Assembly (NCBI GenBank): GCA_963755715.1
Contig: CAVWLW010000032.1
Location: forward strand, 32,001 to 96,000
Origin: an uncultured delta proteobacterium
GTDB taxonomy: Bacteria > Desulfobacterota > Binatia > UBA9968
Reading direction: 5' to 3'
DNA: 64,000 bases
The notes under the pieces are model-generated. The model worked only from the letters and a program-made list of their open reading frames with translations. It was not told the origin of the DNA and searched no databases. Of the stretch, positions 28,488-40,170 are shown piece after piece. The translations under genes were made by a program, and so were the position numbers. Position 1 is the first letter of the stretch, and every line of letters begins with the position of its first letter.

Positions 28488-29459
28488 TCAGCGCAGCGCT
28501 GCCTTGACCGCATCCATGATGCGTGACTCCGAGGGGCCGATATGCGCTTCGAGCGGCGGGCTGTACGGCACGGGCACGTCTAACGTCGAGACGCGGCGGA
28601 TGGGCGCTTTCAATTTGTCGAAGCCGCTCTCGGCGATGCGCGCGGCAATCTCGGCGGCGACGCCACAGCTCTGATGGGTTTCGTCGGCAATGACAACTCT
28701 ATGGGTCTTTTCGATCGAGGAGAGAATCGTTGCCAAATCGAAGGGCACGAGCGTCCGCGGATCGACGACTTCCACTTCGATGCCTTCTTTTGCGAGTTTC
28801 TCGGCGGCCTGAAGACCGACTTGCACGGTATAGGACGTCGCGACCAATGTGACGTGGCTGCCTTTGCGTTTCACATCGGCAACACCGAACGGTATCGGCT
28901 TGTCGTTGTCCGGGATTTCACCGCGAATATCCAACAGCCTGGTGTGATCGACGAAGATGGTCGGGTTATCGCTGGCGACGGCGGTCTTGAGCAAGCCTTT
29001 TACGTCGCGCGGCGAAGAGGGAATTGCGATCTCCAAACCGGGAACATTCCACAGCATGGCCTGGGGACTGCCGGAGTGTTGCGCCGCGCCGCCGCCGCGC
29101 AGGCCGTGAAATAGATGAAACACCACCGGTACGCGCGTCTGACCGCCGGACATGGAAAAAGCGTTGGCCGCTTCGTTGGCGACTTGCGGCCAGGCTTCAT
29201 AGATAAAACTGCCGGTGCTGAGATCGACGACCGGCCTTAAGCCTGCCATCGCCGCGCCGGTGGCGAGACCGCAAAAGCCAAGCTCGGAGATTGGCGGCGA
29301 GATCATGCGCTCGGCGTATTTATTTTTGAGATTTTGGTAGACGTGGCGGTGCGGGCTCAGACTCAAAAAAGTCCCGTTGATCAGATGGACTCTCTCGTCC
29401 GCCGCCATGATCTCTTCCAGCGCCTCGAATTTGGCTTCGTAATAGGCAAGCTCTTTCAT
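28488..29459 (-). CDS. Second E1 beta-like (transketolase C-terminal family) subunit
   Basis: PPISELGFCG, AAQHSGSP and EVVDPRTLVPFD. Confidence 0.9.
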   Translation of the reverse strand: MKELAYYEAKFEALEEIMAADERVHLINGTFLSLSPHRHVYQNLKNKYAERMISPPISELGFCGLATGAAMAGLRPVVDLSTGSFIYEAWPQVANEAANAFSMSGGQTRVPVVFHLFHGLRGGGAAQHSGSPQAMLWNVPGLEIAIPSSPRDVKGLLKTAVASDNPTIFVDHTRLLDIRGEIPDNDKPIPFGVADVKRKGSHVTLVATSYTVQVGLQAAEKLAKEGIEVEVVDPRTLVPFDLATILSSIEKTHRVVIADETHQSCGVAAEIAARIAESGFDKLKAPIRRVSTLDVPVPYSPPLEAHIGPSESRIMDAVKAALR

Positions 29460-29461
29460 AA

Positions 29462-30487
29462 TCAGCTCTGCGCAAAAAAATCTTTTTCGGCTTCTTCCGG
29501 TTTTGGATAGGGACTGTTGAGCGCGAAGTCGACGGCAACGGCGATCTCGCCTTTTACTCGGCCTTCGATAGCGGCGATTTCATCGCGGCTCGCTTGTTCG
29601 GCTTCGACCAATTCACGAATGAAAATCAGCAACGGGTCGCAGGAATGATACCACTCGCGGGCTTTTTCCGGCACGCTGCTGACATCCCAGGCGAGCGAAG
29701 TGTGGGTCGGCTGCGGCACGGTGGGCCAATTGGTTTCGCTGCCGGGAAAGCGAACCGTTTGTGCTTCGATGAATTGAGGGCCTTCGCCGTCGCGGATTTT
29801 CTGCAACGCTGCGCCGATCGTCGCGTGCACGAGCCCCGCATCCATGCCGTCGATCTGCTGCGCCGGGATTTTGTAGGCTTTCGGTAAATCCGTGAGCGGA
29901 TACGCAGCCATGGAAGACGATTGCGCCGCAGCCACGGCGCGGCCGGCGCCGTATTTACCGTTGTTCTCGCAGAGAAACAGCACCGGCAGTTTATAAAGCG
30001 ATGCCAGATTGAAAGCTTCCGGCGCGGCGCCTTCTTCGAGCGAGCCGTCGCCAAACAGACAAACGGTGATGCGCCCGTTTTTCTGCGCTTTCGATGCGTA
30101 GGCCGTGCCCGTCGACAGCGGAATGATGCCGGCGACGACCCCCGAGCTGTGCAGAAAGCCGAGCGACGGCGCGACCGAATGAAACGACCCGCCTTTCCCT
30201 TTATTCAGCCCGTCGGCGCGGCCGAGAATTTCGGCAAAAAGTTTCTTCGGCTCGACGCCGCGGGCGAGCAGATGGCCATGGTTTCTGTGCGTGGTGAAGA
30301 GATAGTCGTCGGCGCGCAGGCATGAGATCGCCGGCACGCCGGTGCCTTCTTGGCCAACGTAAAGATGATAGTGTCCGCCGAACACGCCTTTGTCGTGGAG
30401 CGGCACGAGATTCTCTTCGAAGTGACGAATGACAAACATCCGCCGGCACAGATCCAACAACGCTTCACGCGGTAGTTTGGGTAACAT
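29462..30487 (-). CDS. Second E1 alpha-like TPP-dependent subunit
   Basis: HLYVGQEG, HRNHGH, GKGGSFH and FGDG...ENN. Confidence 0.9.
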   Translation of the reverse strand: MLPKLPREALLDLCRRMFVIRHFEENLVPLHDKGVFGGHYHLYVGQEGTGVPAISCLRADDYLFTTHRNHGHLLARGVEPKKLFAEILGRADGLNKGKGGSFHSVAPSLGFLHSSGVVAGIIPLSTGTAYASKAQKNGRITVCLFGDGSLEEGAAPEAFNLASLYKLPVLFLCENNGKYGAGRAVAAAQSSSMAAYPLTDLPKAYKIPAQQIDGMDAGLVHATIGAALQKIRDGEGPQFIEAQTVRFPGSETNWPTVPQPTHTSLAWDVSSVPEKAREWYHSCDPLLIFIRELVEAEQASRDEIAAIEGRVKGEIAVAVDFALNSPYPKPEEAEKDFFAQS

Positions 30488-30606
30488 ATGGGTTGTGACT
30501 TATTGCAAAAGCCGGGGGCTTGTCAACGTCCGTTCGCTCGATTGACAAGGCTTCGACGGCGGGACTAAATGCCAAATAGGAAAGGCATTCGGACGGAGGC
30601 AATTCC

Positions 30607-31607
30607 ATGATTTCAAAACGGTGGCCGTTGGTTATATTCATGGCGAGTCTTTTCGTTTCGCCTTCAGTTCTCTTCGCTCAATCCCGCGCGCTGAAAAAGG
30701 TCCAAGTCGGTGTCCCTGCGATCAGCATGGGGAACATCATCATCTACTTTACCAAAGAGGCAAAAATTTTTGAGAAGTATGGTCTCGACGTCGATCCGGT
30801 CGCGGTGGCGGGCTCCGGCATCGCTTCAAAGGCGCTGATCTCGGGCAGCGTGCTGATCTCGCCGATCGCGACGCCGACGGTCATGACCGCAGTGCTCGCC
30901 GGCTCCGACATGGTGATTTTGGCTCACACCATGCCGGGCGTCATCCAATCGCTCATGGTGCGGCCGGAGATTAAACGCGACGAAGACCTCAAAGGAAAAA
31001 CCATCGGCGTGACCACCTTTGGTTCGCTCACCGATTTTCTCGTCAAGTATCTCGCCCGACAGAAGGGGCTCATACCCGGACAAGGATTTTGCGCTCCTGC
31101 AGATCGGTACCGACAGTGACCGCTTTGTGGCGCTGCAGCAGGGAAGAATCCAGGGGGCGACCTTGTCGCATCCGAATTTTATTTTCGCGCAGCGCGCCGG
31201 CTTTCACGTGCTCTGGGATTTCTTCCGCGACGTCGACTATCCCTGGAGCGAGATCGCGACCACGCGCACCCAGATCAAGCAGGATCGCGATCTGGTCATG
31301 CGCTACATGCGCGCCCATATAGAAGGCATCGCCCGATTTCAAGCAGGAGCCTGAGCTCGCGAAGAAGGTCATCAAGAAGATGCTGCGACTGGACGACGAT
31401 TCGTTAGCGCAGGAGTCTTGGGAGCTATTTGCGAAACATCGTATTGCCGCGCCGTACCCAAACATCAAGGGCATGAAAACGAGTTATGAGTACGTCGCGG
31501 CGACGCGACCGGACGTCTACAAACACAAGCCGGAAGAATTTATCGACTCAAGCTTTGTCGAAGAGCTCGACAAGAGCGGATTCATCAAGAAACTGTACGA
31601 GAAATAA
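30607..31607 (+). CDS. ABC substrate-binding protein, NMT1/SsuA-like (frameshifts near 31075 and 31335)
   Basis: Three ORF pieces join into a close paralog of 19351-20352. Confidence 0.85.
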
Positions 31608-31616
31608 TCTGCCGGC

Positions 31617-32550
31617 ATGAAGGTTCGCATCGGAATAGCGCTCGGACAATGGCCGATTCAAGACCACTCCGCTGACGCCATTCTCGATCTTATCGACTAC
31701 TTCGAAGCGCTGGACGTCGATTCACTCTGGGTAAGCGATCGCCTGGTTTCGTCCGCACTCATTCTCGAGCCCGTTACTTTTCTCGCCTACATCGCCGGCC
31801 ATTTGCGCAAAATGAAGCTCGGCACGAGCACGCTGGTGCTGCCGACGCGCAATCCGATCGTCCTCGCCAAAGAACTGGCCACACTGGACTTCCTTTCGCG
31901 GGGCCGGTTATTTCCTGCTTTCGGCTTGGGCGGCGATGAATCCAAGGATTTGCTCGCCGTTGGCGTGAACAAGAAAGAGCGCGCGGCTCGCGCCGATGAG
32001 GCGATCCGTCTCATGCGACTCCTGTGGACGGAAGAAAATATCACGTTTGAAGGAAAATTTTATTCCGTGCAAAACGTCACGATTATGCCACGACCGTGGC
32101 AGAAAAACGGTCTGCCGATCTGGATCGGCGGGCGGAGTCAAGCGGCGCTGCGCCGCACCGGGCGTTTAGGCGACGGCTGGCTAGTCTCTTCGGTGTCGCC
32201 GGTGGAAGTCGAAGCGGGGATCAAGACGATTCGAGAACACGCCGCGGCAGCTGGACGTGAAGTTCCGGAAGATCATTATGGGGTTTTGATTCCGTTTTAC
32301 TTCGCGGCGAGCGCGGAAAAAGCTTTGGAGCTTGGCGGACAGTCCGTGCGCCCGCGCGCCGACATGCCGATAGCGCGAATTCACCGCCTTTGGAAATTCC
32401 GATCAGGTGCGTGCAAAAGTCCAAGCCTATATCACCGCGGGTGCAACAAAATTCGTCATGCGTCCATGCGGACCGTTCGAAGCCTGGCGCGAGCAGATAG
32501 AAATGCTCGCGCGTGAGGTGATTCGGCCGCTGCAGACATCGGCTGAGTGA
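31617..32550 (+). CDS. LLM-class flavin-dependent oxidoreductase (frameshift near 32370)
   Basis: DSLWVSDR, LGTSTLVLPTRNPIVLAKELATLDFLSRGR and PIWIGG. Confidence 0.88.
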
Positions 32551-32618
32551 AGTACTCGCCAACATTTCACCGACCAATCGCCGAGCTGCGGATGTAGTAT
32601 CAGGCACGCGGAGTTCGC

Positions 32619-32651
32619 CTGGATTCCCGCTAAAAGCATGCAGGAATGACG
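32619..32651. repeat. REP-like half element
   Basis: ctggattcccgctaaaagcatgcaggaatgacg, same family as 3821-3850. Confidence 0.6.
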
Positions 32652-32688
32652 GACCCCAAACGCACTAGTAGATTTCTTGGCAAGGCTC

Positions 32689-33687
32689 TCAGGCAGAGGT
32701 TGACTTGGTCACCAGCACTGCCGCGCCGTGAATCTTTCCAGCGCGCAAGCGATTCAACGCTTCGTTCGCTTCTTCCAGCGGAAATGTTTCTATTTCGGTG
32801 CGCACGGGAATTTTGGGCGCTAGCGCCATGAACTCTTCGCCGTCGCGGCGGGTGAGATTGGCGACGGAGCAGATCGAGCGTTCTTCCCAGAGAATTGAGT
32901 ACGGAAAAGACGGGATGTCGGTCATGTGGATGCCGCCGCAGACGACGGTGCCGCCTTTGCCGACGGCTTTAAGAGCTTGCGGCACGAGCTCGCCTACCGG
33001 CGCAAAGATGATAGCCGCATCAAGTTTTTTCGGCGGCAGTTCGTTCGAGCCGCCGGCCCAAACCGCACCGAGATCGAGAGCGAATTTTTTTGCTTCTTCG
33101 TCTGTGGGCCGGGTGAAAGCATAGATTTCCCGCTGTTGATACTTTGCCACTTGCGCGACGATGTGCGCGGCAGCGCCGAAGCCGTAAATGCCGAGCCGCT
33201 TGCCGTTCCCTGCTTTAACCAAACTTCGGTATCCGATCAGACCCGCGCACAAAAGTGGCGCGGCTTCCGTATCGCTATAGAAATCTGAGATCGGAAAACA
33301 GAAGCGCTGATCGGCGACAGTACATTCGGCATAGCCGCCGTCGAGCGTGTAGCCGGTGAACTTCGCCTGGTCGCAGAGATTTTCTTGCCCGCTCCGACAG
33401 TAGGCACATTGGCCACATGTCCAACCCAGCCACGGCACGCCGACGCGGTCGCCGATTTTAAAGCGAGTCACCGCGTCACCCAAATCGGCAATGGTGCCGA
33501 CGATTTCATGGCCGGGCACAAGCGGCAATTTAGGCTGTGTCAATTCGCCATCGACGACGTGAAGATCCGTCCGGCACACCGCGCACGCGTGAACGTGGAT
33601 CAAAACTTGGCCGGTGCCAGGCTTGGGGATTGGCAGATCCGCCAAATGCAGAGGTCGGCCGGCTTTTTCAAAGACCATGGCCCGCAT
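32689..33687 (-). CDS. Zinc-dependent alcohol dehydrogenase (AdhP-like)
   Basis: CRTDLH, GHEIVG, CGQCAYC....ENLC and GIYGFGAAAH. Confidence 0.93.
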   Translation of the reverse strand: MRAMVFEKAGRPLHLADLPIPKPGTGQVLIHVHACAVCRTDLHVVDGELTQPKLPLVPGHEIVGTIADLGDAVTRFKIGDRVGVPWLGWTCGQCAYCRSGQENLCDQAKFTGYTLDGGYAECTVADQRFCFPISDFYSDTEAAPLLCAGLIGYRSLVKAGNGKRLGIYGFGAAAHIVAQVAKYQQREIYAFTRPTDEEAKKFALDLGAVWAGGSNELPPKKLDAAIIFAPVGELVPQALKAVGKGGTVVCGGIHMTDIPSFPYSILWEERSICSVANLTRRDGEEFMALAPKIPVRTEIETFPLEEANEALNRLRAGKIHGAAVLVTKSTSA

Positions 33688-33830
33688 CAGTTAAATGTTT
33701 ATCGAAAGTGATTTCAGAAGCCAAATGGCGGAACGCGCCAATGCGCTTTTTCTTGCCGAATTCTCCTCCGTGTTATAGTGAGCGTCAATTTGCAGATACA
33801 AATCTAAGCGTGATCCAAAGGAGCGGCCAA

Positions 33831-34265
33831 GTGGGATACATCGAATCGAATCTGTTGCCCGATGAGAAAATCATCTACAAAGCTAGATTGCACTGGATCA
33901 TCTTTTGGAAATCGTGCGCGCTGGTAATTCTTGGAGGAATTTTTCTACTCATTCAACCGATCATCGGCGGCGTTGTCATCTTGATCGGATTTTTTGCTTT
34001 ACTTTTTCCGCTGATCGATTACGCAACATCAGAGTTCGGCGTCACCAATAAGAGGGTGATTATCAAAGTCGGGTTTCTGCGCCGAAAAACACTGGAGTTG
34101 TTGCTACGCCACGTGGAAGCGATATCGGTGGACCAAAGCGTGATGGGCAGGTTGCTAAATTACGGCTCCGTGACGCTCACGGGGACCGGCGGCGTGAGAG
34201 AAGTGTTTCATAATATTTCAAAGCCACTGGAGTTTCGCCGGCAGATCCAAGGGGGGGCGTCTTAA
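33831..34265 (+). CDS. Bacterial PH-domain (bPH_2/DUF304) membrane protein
   Basis: YIESNLLPDEKIIYKARLHW, two TM helices, VTNKRVIIKVG and QSVMGRLLNYG. Confidence 0.8.
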   Translation: MGYIESNLLPDEKIIYKARLHWIIFWKSCALVILGGIFLLIQPIIGGVVILIGFFALLFPLIDYATSEFGVTNKRVIIKVGFLRRKTLELLLRHVEAISVDQSVMGRLLNYGSVTLTGTGGVREVFHNISKPLEFRRQIQGGAS

Positions 34266-34309
34266 GGTTCTATCGACAGGTCGAATCAGTTGGACCGATC
34301 GGCGCGGCG

Positions 34310-34620
34310 TCAATCCAAGTCGATATCTCTAATCGGCTTTGTGATGGGCTCTTCTTTGGCTTTCTTGAACAGCTCTTGAAATTTCGCTTCTAACACTTTC
34401 GACCTGTTCTTTTCCGCTTCGGCGATTTTCTGATATTTTTCATCGCGCCGGCCGGCTTCTTCATTGACCTGCTTTACCGCATCTTTCAGCGCCACCGCCA
34501 TTTGCGGTTTAACCGGCAATTTATGGTCAAGAACAACGCCGAGCACCGGATCGATTGTTAGTGCCGCATCGCAGCAGGGGCAAGTGATCTGGATTGCGTT
34601 ATTAGCTTTTCGTCTGGCAT
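34310..34620 (-). CDS. Conserved hypothetical protein with CPCC motif (5' frameshift)
   Basis: IQITCPCCDAALTIDPVLGVVL followed by a charged helix ending KPIRDIDLD. Confidence 0.65.
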
Positions 34621-34679
34621 GACATCGTGAGTTCCTCTCGTTTGAAACATTCGGAGGGCGGGTTCAAGCCGCCGTTTCG

Positions 34680-35048
34680 TTATCCTCTCAACTCGATCTG
34701 CTCTCCATCCGGGCCGCCGAAGACGACCCGACGCCAACCGTTTTCTCTTGGTTCGCGCGCGGCGGTATCGTGTGGGGCGCGGACCAATTTGACTCCATCC
34801 CTTTGAAGCTTTTCGATAGTCCCAGTAAAATCGTCGGTCTCAAGACAAAAGTGAAAACCCGACATGGTCTCGCCGGGATGATGGGTCAATTCGAGCACCG
34901 TATCGCCCAGTTTTAGGTAAGCAATCTGCAAGCCGCCGCCGGCGACCTGCTGGAAGTAGTGGCTAAAGCCGAAATGATGCTCGTAAAATTTTACCGAGCG
35001 ATCCAGGTCTGACACGTGGATCGCGACATGATCGATGCGTTTGAACAT
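34680..35048 (-). CDS. VOC/glyoxalase family protein
   Basis: IDHVAIHVSDLDRSVKFY ... GPDGEQIEL. Confidence 0.88.
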   Translation of the reverse strand: MFKRIDHVAIHVSDLDRSVKFYEHHFGFSHYFQQVAGGGLQIAYLKLGDTVLELTHHPGETMSGFHFCLETDDFTGTIEKLQRDGVKLVRAPHDTAAREPRENGWRRVVFGGPDGEQIELRG

Positions 35049-35164
35049 AACTGCTTCTCCAACTAAAAGGATAGGCTTTTCCCAGGTCAGTTTGCAAGCT
35101 TGGCTCGACGGTGTGCAAATCATGCGCAGAGCGCTAAAATAGCGGCGCGACAAATTTAATAGTT

Positions 35165-35851
35165 ATGCCTATTTTTCGACTTGTCGAGGACACGGTTTTT
35201 CCACCGCCGGATTACGCTGATCCGAGCGGTTTGATCGCCATTGGCGGCGACCTTTCCAGTGAGCGCTTACTGGAAGCTTACCGGGTTGGTATTTTTCCGT
35301 GGTATTCGGAGGATCAGCCGCTGCTCTGGTGGTCGCCCGACCCGCGTTTTGTCCTCGAACTCGACAATTTTAAAATATCGCGCAGCTTGCAAAAGACGCT
35401 GCGAAGAGGAGTTTTTCACGTGACCTTCGACCGGGTGTTTGAGGATGTGATCGCGGCTTGCTCCGTTGTGGCCCGGGAAGGGCAAAGCGGCACTTGGATC
35501 ACGCCGGAGATGCAGCAAGCTTATATTCACTTGCACGGGCTGGGTTTTGCTCATTCGGTAGAATCCTGGTTCGAGGGTGAGCTCGTCGGCGGGCTTTACG
35601 GCGTGTCCTTGGGCAAGGCGTTTTTCGGCGAGTCGATGTTTCACCGTAAAACCGACGCGTCGAAAGTCGCGCTGGCGATCTTGGTGGAGAAACTCAAGGT
35701 CTGGGGGTTTCACTTTGTCGACTCGCAGATGACGACGGATCATATGTATCGGCTCGGCGCCAGAGAAATTTCGCGGCGGATTTTTTTGAAAAAACTGCAA
35801 TCGGCGCTGCGCCATTCGACCAAGCGCGGCAAGTGGCACGTGGAAGATTGA
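35165..35851 (+). CDS. aat: Leucyl/phenylalanyl-tRNA--protein transferase
   Basis: GGDLS.ERLL.AY..GIFPW, WWSPDPR, GGLYGV..G..FFGESMF and DASKVAL. Confidence 0.95.
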   Translation: MPIFRLVEDTVFPPPDYADPSGLIAIGGDLSSERLLEAYRVGIFPWYSEDQPLLWWSPDPRFVLELDNFKISRSLQKTLRRGVFHVTFDRVFEDVIAACSVVAREGQSGTWITPEMQQAYIHLHGLGFAHSVESWFEGELVGGLYGVSLGKAFFGESMFHRKTDASKVALAILVEKLKVWGFHFVDSQMTTDHMYRLGAREISRRIFLKKLQSALRHSTKRGKWHVED

Positions 35852-35859
35852 AACGAGGT

Positions 35860-36411
35860 TTACGAATTTGTTTTGCTAGGGAGCGGCGCTTGCTCCACCG
35901 TGCGAACCAGAGCTTCGAGAGATTTTTCAGACGGAAATTCCAACACTAAAAGCGCGATGCTCAAAGCCGAGAGCCAATATTGATCTTGAACAAAGCGGCC
36001 AAGGATAGCCAACACCAAGCCATAGACCGCGACTGCTTCGATGATTGCGAAAATCACAACTTTGCGGGTGACGTAAGTAGACACCACGTAGGCGGCGCGT
36101 TCTTCGATGCCGCCTTTGAATTCTTCCAAGGCGCGAAAGAGCTTGGTCGCGCGCGCGGCGCGCAGGATCGCCTCGGACGATAAATTTTGTTTGCGCCAGT
36201 AGGCGTAGTAACCGAGATCGACGACGGTGAGCAGCCAAAGCACGACTCTGGCCGTCTCAGCCAAAGAGCGATTGCTGCCGATGTTGGGATTGCCCAGCAC
36301 GTTGCGCGCGATCACGAGATAGATCGGGATCGAGATAACAAAGGCGCTCCACAAAATCACCGCAGCGCCGCGCTGATCGAGCAAAATTTTTCTAAACTCG
36401 GGTCGAATCAT
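35860..36411 (-). CDS. Hypothetical membrane protein (about 4 TM)
   Basis: 183-aa ORF with four hydrophobic segments. Confidence 0.65.
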   Translation of the reverse strand: MIRPEFRKILLDQRGAAVILWSAFVISIPIYLVIARNVLGNPNIGSNRSLAETARVVLWLLTVVDLGYYAYWRKQNLSSEAILRAARATKLFRALEEFKGGIEERAAYVVSTYVTRKVVIFAIIEAVAVYGLVLAILGRFVQDQYWLSALSIALLVLEFPSEKSLEALVRTVEQAPLPSKTNS

Positions 36412-36555
36412 GGGTTTCCCTCATCTGCGGTCTTAGCACAGCCGAACGCGCCCTGTCTTGCGAATGCGGAAAAATTCGTTGGCTAGCGCGATCGCCTTGT
36501 CGCCTCTGAGGCGCGGTGATATAGCCACGTTGAAAACTCACTTTTGGAGGACAAG

Positions 36556-38148
36556 ATGGCTGAGTTCGATATCGTCATCCACGGCGGCAGACTGATCGAC
36601 GGCACGGGTAATCCCTGGTTTTACGGCGACCTCGGGATCAAAGACGGCAAGATCGCGTCGATCGGCAAAATTAATCCGGAAGCTGGAGCGCGGGCTATCT
36701 CGGCTAAAGACTACGTCGTGACGCCCGGCTATATCGACATGCACACGCACAGCGACCAACCGATCGTCAACGACGGCAACGCCGAAAGCAAAGTGCGCCA
36801 GGGCGTGACGCTGGACATTATCGGCGAGAGCCAAACCGTGGCGCCGCTCGAGGGCGCGATCTTGGAAGAATACCGGGCCGAGCATCGCAAACGCAACGGC
36901 ATCGAAACCGACTGGGAAACTTTTACCGGCTACTTCAATACGGTGATGCGCGGCGGTATTTCGATCAACGTCGGTTCCGGTGTATCGCCACAACAGGTGA
37001 AACGCGTGGTTTGCGGTTTCGAAGAACGTCCGGCGAACGCCGCCGAGCAGGAGAAGATGAATCGGCTGGTGGCCCAAGCGATGGAAGAGGGCGCGCTCGG
37101 TCTTACTGCGGCTTGGCATGCCAAGGGACCGGAGAGTCCCGGTGAGGTCGTCGAGATGGCGAAAGTCGCCAAGCGCTACGGCGGTTACTACGGCGTACAC
37201 GTCGGCAGCGAAGGCTTCGATATTTTTGAAGAGTTGGCCAAGACCCTGCGCATCGCGCGCGAGTCGCAGATTCCGATCCACGTTTATCATTTAAAAATGC
37301 GCGCCAAAGCCAACTGGGGACGGGTGCGCGAAGTGGTCGAACAGATCGAAGAAGCGCGGCGCGAGGGTTTGGATATTACCGCCAATCAATATCCTTACAC
37401 GGCGATGCAACATCCGTGGCGCCGTCTGTTTCCGCGCTGGGTTCAAGACGGCCCGGTCGGCGAAACGATCTCGCAGTTCAAGAGTCCTTCGTTTCGCGAG
37501 CGCGTCATGAAAGATCCCGAGTTCAGCCAATATGTCGATGAACACGGCGGCTGGGAAGGTGTCGTGGCGGCGCGGTTGGATACCGCGGCCCTTAAGAAGT
37601 TCGAGGGCATGACGATCGCCGAGATCGCCAAGATCCGCGAACAGGATCCGGTGAGCACGTGCTTCGATCTGATTTACGAAGAAGGCGCGTTCATTCACGG
37701 CGTGCATCACACGATGAACGAGGACGACGTGAAGGCGGTGATGCGCGTGCCTTGGGTTTCGATCGGCTCTGACGGCAGCGCGCTCAATCTAAAATATCCC
37801 GGCAAGCCGCACCCGCGCAGCTTCGGCACCAACCCGAGAGTGCTGGGTAAATATACGCGCGAGGAAAAAGTACTTACACTCGAAGACGCCGTGCGCAAGA
37901 TGACCTCGATGCCGGCGCAAGTCCTCGGGCTCAAAGATCGCGGTCTGTTGCGCGAGGGATATTGGGGAGACGTGGTGGTGTTCGATCCGGATCGGGTCGC
38001 CGATATGGCGACCTACGAGAATCCCAAGCAGTATCCCAAAGGAATCGATTACGTATTGGTCAACGGCTCTGTGGTGATCGACAACGGCCAGCACACCGGC
38101 GCGCGGCCGGGCAAAGTCGTATATGGGCCGGGATATGTGGGAAAATGA
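36556..38148 (+). CDS. N-acyl-D-amino-acid deacylase (D-aminoacylase)
   Basis: IDGTGNP, PGYIDMHTHSD, IGSDG, PHPRSFGT and AVRKMTS.PA. Confidence 0.92.
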   Translation: MAEFDIVIHGGRLIDGTGNPWFYGDLGIKDGKIASIGKINPEAGARAISAKDYVVTPGYIDMHTHSDQPIVNDGNAESKVRQGVTLDIIGESQTVAPLEGAILEEYRAEHRKRNGIETDWETFTGYFNTVMRGGISINVGSGVSPQQVKRVVCGFEERPANAAEQEKMNRLVAQAMEEGALGLTAAWHAKGPESPGEVVEMAKVAKRYGGYYGVHVGSEGFDIFEELAKTLRIARESQIPIHVYHLKMRAKANWGRVREVVEQIEEARREGLDITANQYPYTAMQHPWRRLFPRWVQDGPVGETISQFKSPSFRERVMKDPEFSQYVDEHGGWEGVVAARLDTAALKKFEGMTIAEIAKIREQDPVSTCFDLIYEEGAFIHGVHHTMNEDDVKAVMRVPWVSIGSDGSALNLKYPGKPHPRSFGTNPRVLGKYTREEKVLTLEDAVRKMTSMPAQVLGLKDRGLLREGYWGDVVVFDPDRVADMATYENPKQYPKGIDYVLVNGSVVIDNGQHTGARPGKVVYGPGYVGK

Positions 38149-38287
38149 AAAACTGAAAAGGTAACAGTAAAAATTAGCATTGACTTGGAACAAATCGACC
38201 GCGACTTGAGGAGACGAAGTCTTTGATCCCGGGCGCTGTTTCGGATAGCGTTCCCGCGAACTCAATTCCCTACAAGGAGGCAACCGT

Positions 38288-39206
<919 letters not shown>

Positions 39207-39321
39207 AGCTGGTTAGTCGGTCCATCATTGCGAGCGACGCCACTTGGGCGCGCTCGCTCTGATGACACCGGAACGGACTCGTCGGCGCTGTAACAGGCGG
39301 TACGCACCGCGCATCGGCTTT

Positions 39322-40153
39322 TTAACTCTGCAGATTTTTCTTAAAAAATTCTAAAGTCCGGCCCCAGGCCTCTTTCGCCGCGTCTTCCCTATAACTCTGT
39401 GGGCTCGTGTCCGAATTGAATGAATGCGGCGCGCCGGGATAGATTTTGTACTCGAAAGATTTACCGTACTTTTTCATCGCCTCTTCCAGTTGCGGCACGG
39501 CCGAGGTGATCGGCTCATCTGCCCCACCATATTGGCCCAAAACCGGCGCCGTAATGTTTTTAACATCTTCAAGGTTCCGTGGATTGCTGCCGTAGTATAT
39601 CACGGACGCCGCCAAGTCTTTGCTCCGCGTCGTAAAGAGCAGAGCTTTACCCCCGCCCCAACAGAAACCAATCACACCGATCTTGTTAGCGCCGACAAAA
39701 CTTTGGCCTTTTAAATAATTGATTCCGCCGGTGAGATCTTTGGTGAGCGTGTCATCGTCCAATTTTCTACCCGCCGCGATGGCCGCTTCGCTACTTGCAA
39801 ACGAACTCGTTCCTCCCTGGCGCGACAAAAGGTCAGGCGCCAGCGCCACGTAACCGGCTTTGGCAAGCCTTCGCGCCACGTCCCGAGTGTGATCACTGAT
39901 CCCGTCCCAGGCATGAATTACCACTACGGCGGGACGCGCAACGTCCCCTTTGGGTCGGGTGATATAGCCGCCGATTGCGGTTCCATCGGTCGAGGCATAT
40001 TTGATCTCCGATGATGTCAATCCAGGATCGTTGGGATCCACCTGTGCGGCATGTGCGATCACCGGCGCCAGCGGATCGATCAGTAGCTTTCCCCGCCGCT
40101 AGACCCCCGGTAACCAGCACGCTCTTTTGGAGAAACTCCCGGCGCGTAACCAT
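39322..40153 (-). CDS. Dienelactone hydrolase family protein with Tat-like signal (indel near 40065)
   Basis: MVTRREFLQK, GFCWGG and YPGAPHSF. Confidence 0.88.
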
Positions 40154-40170
40154 GTCCCTACTCCTTGATG

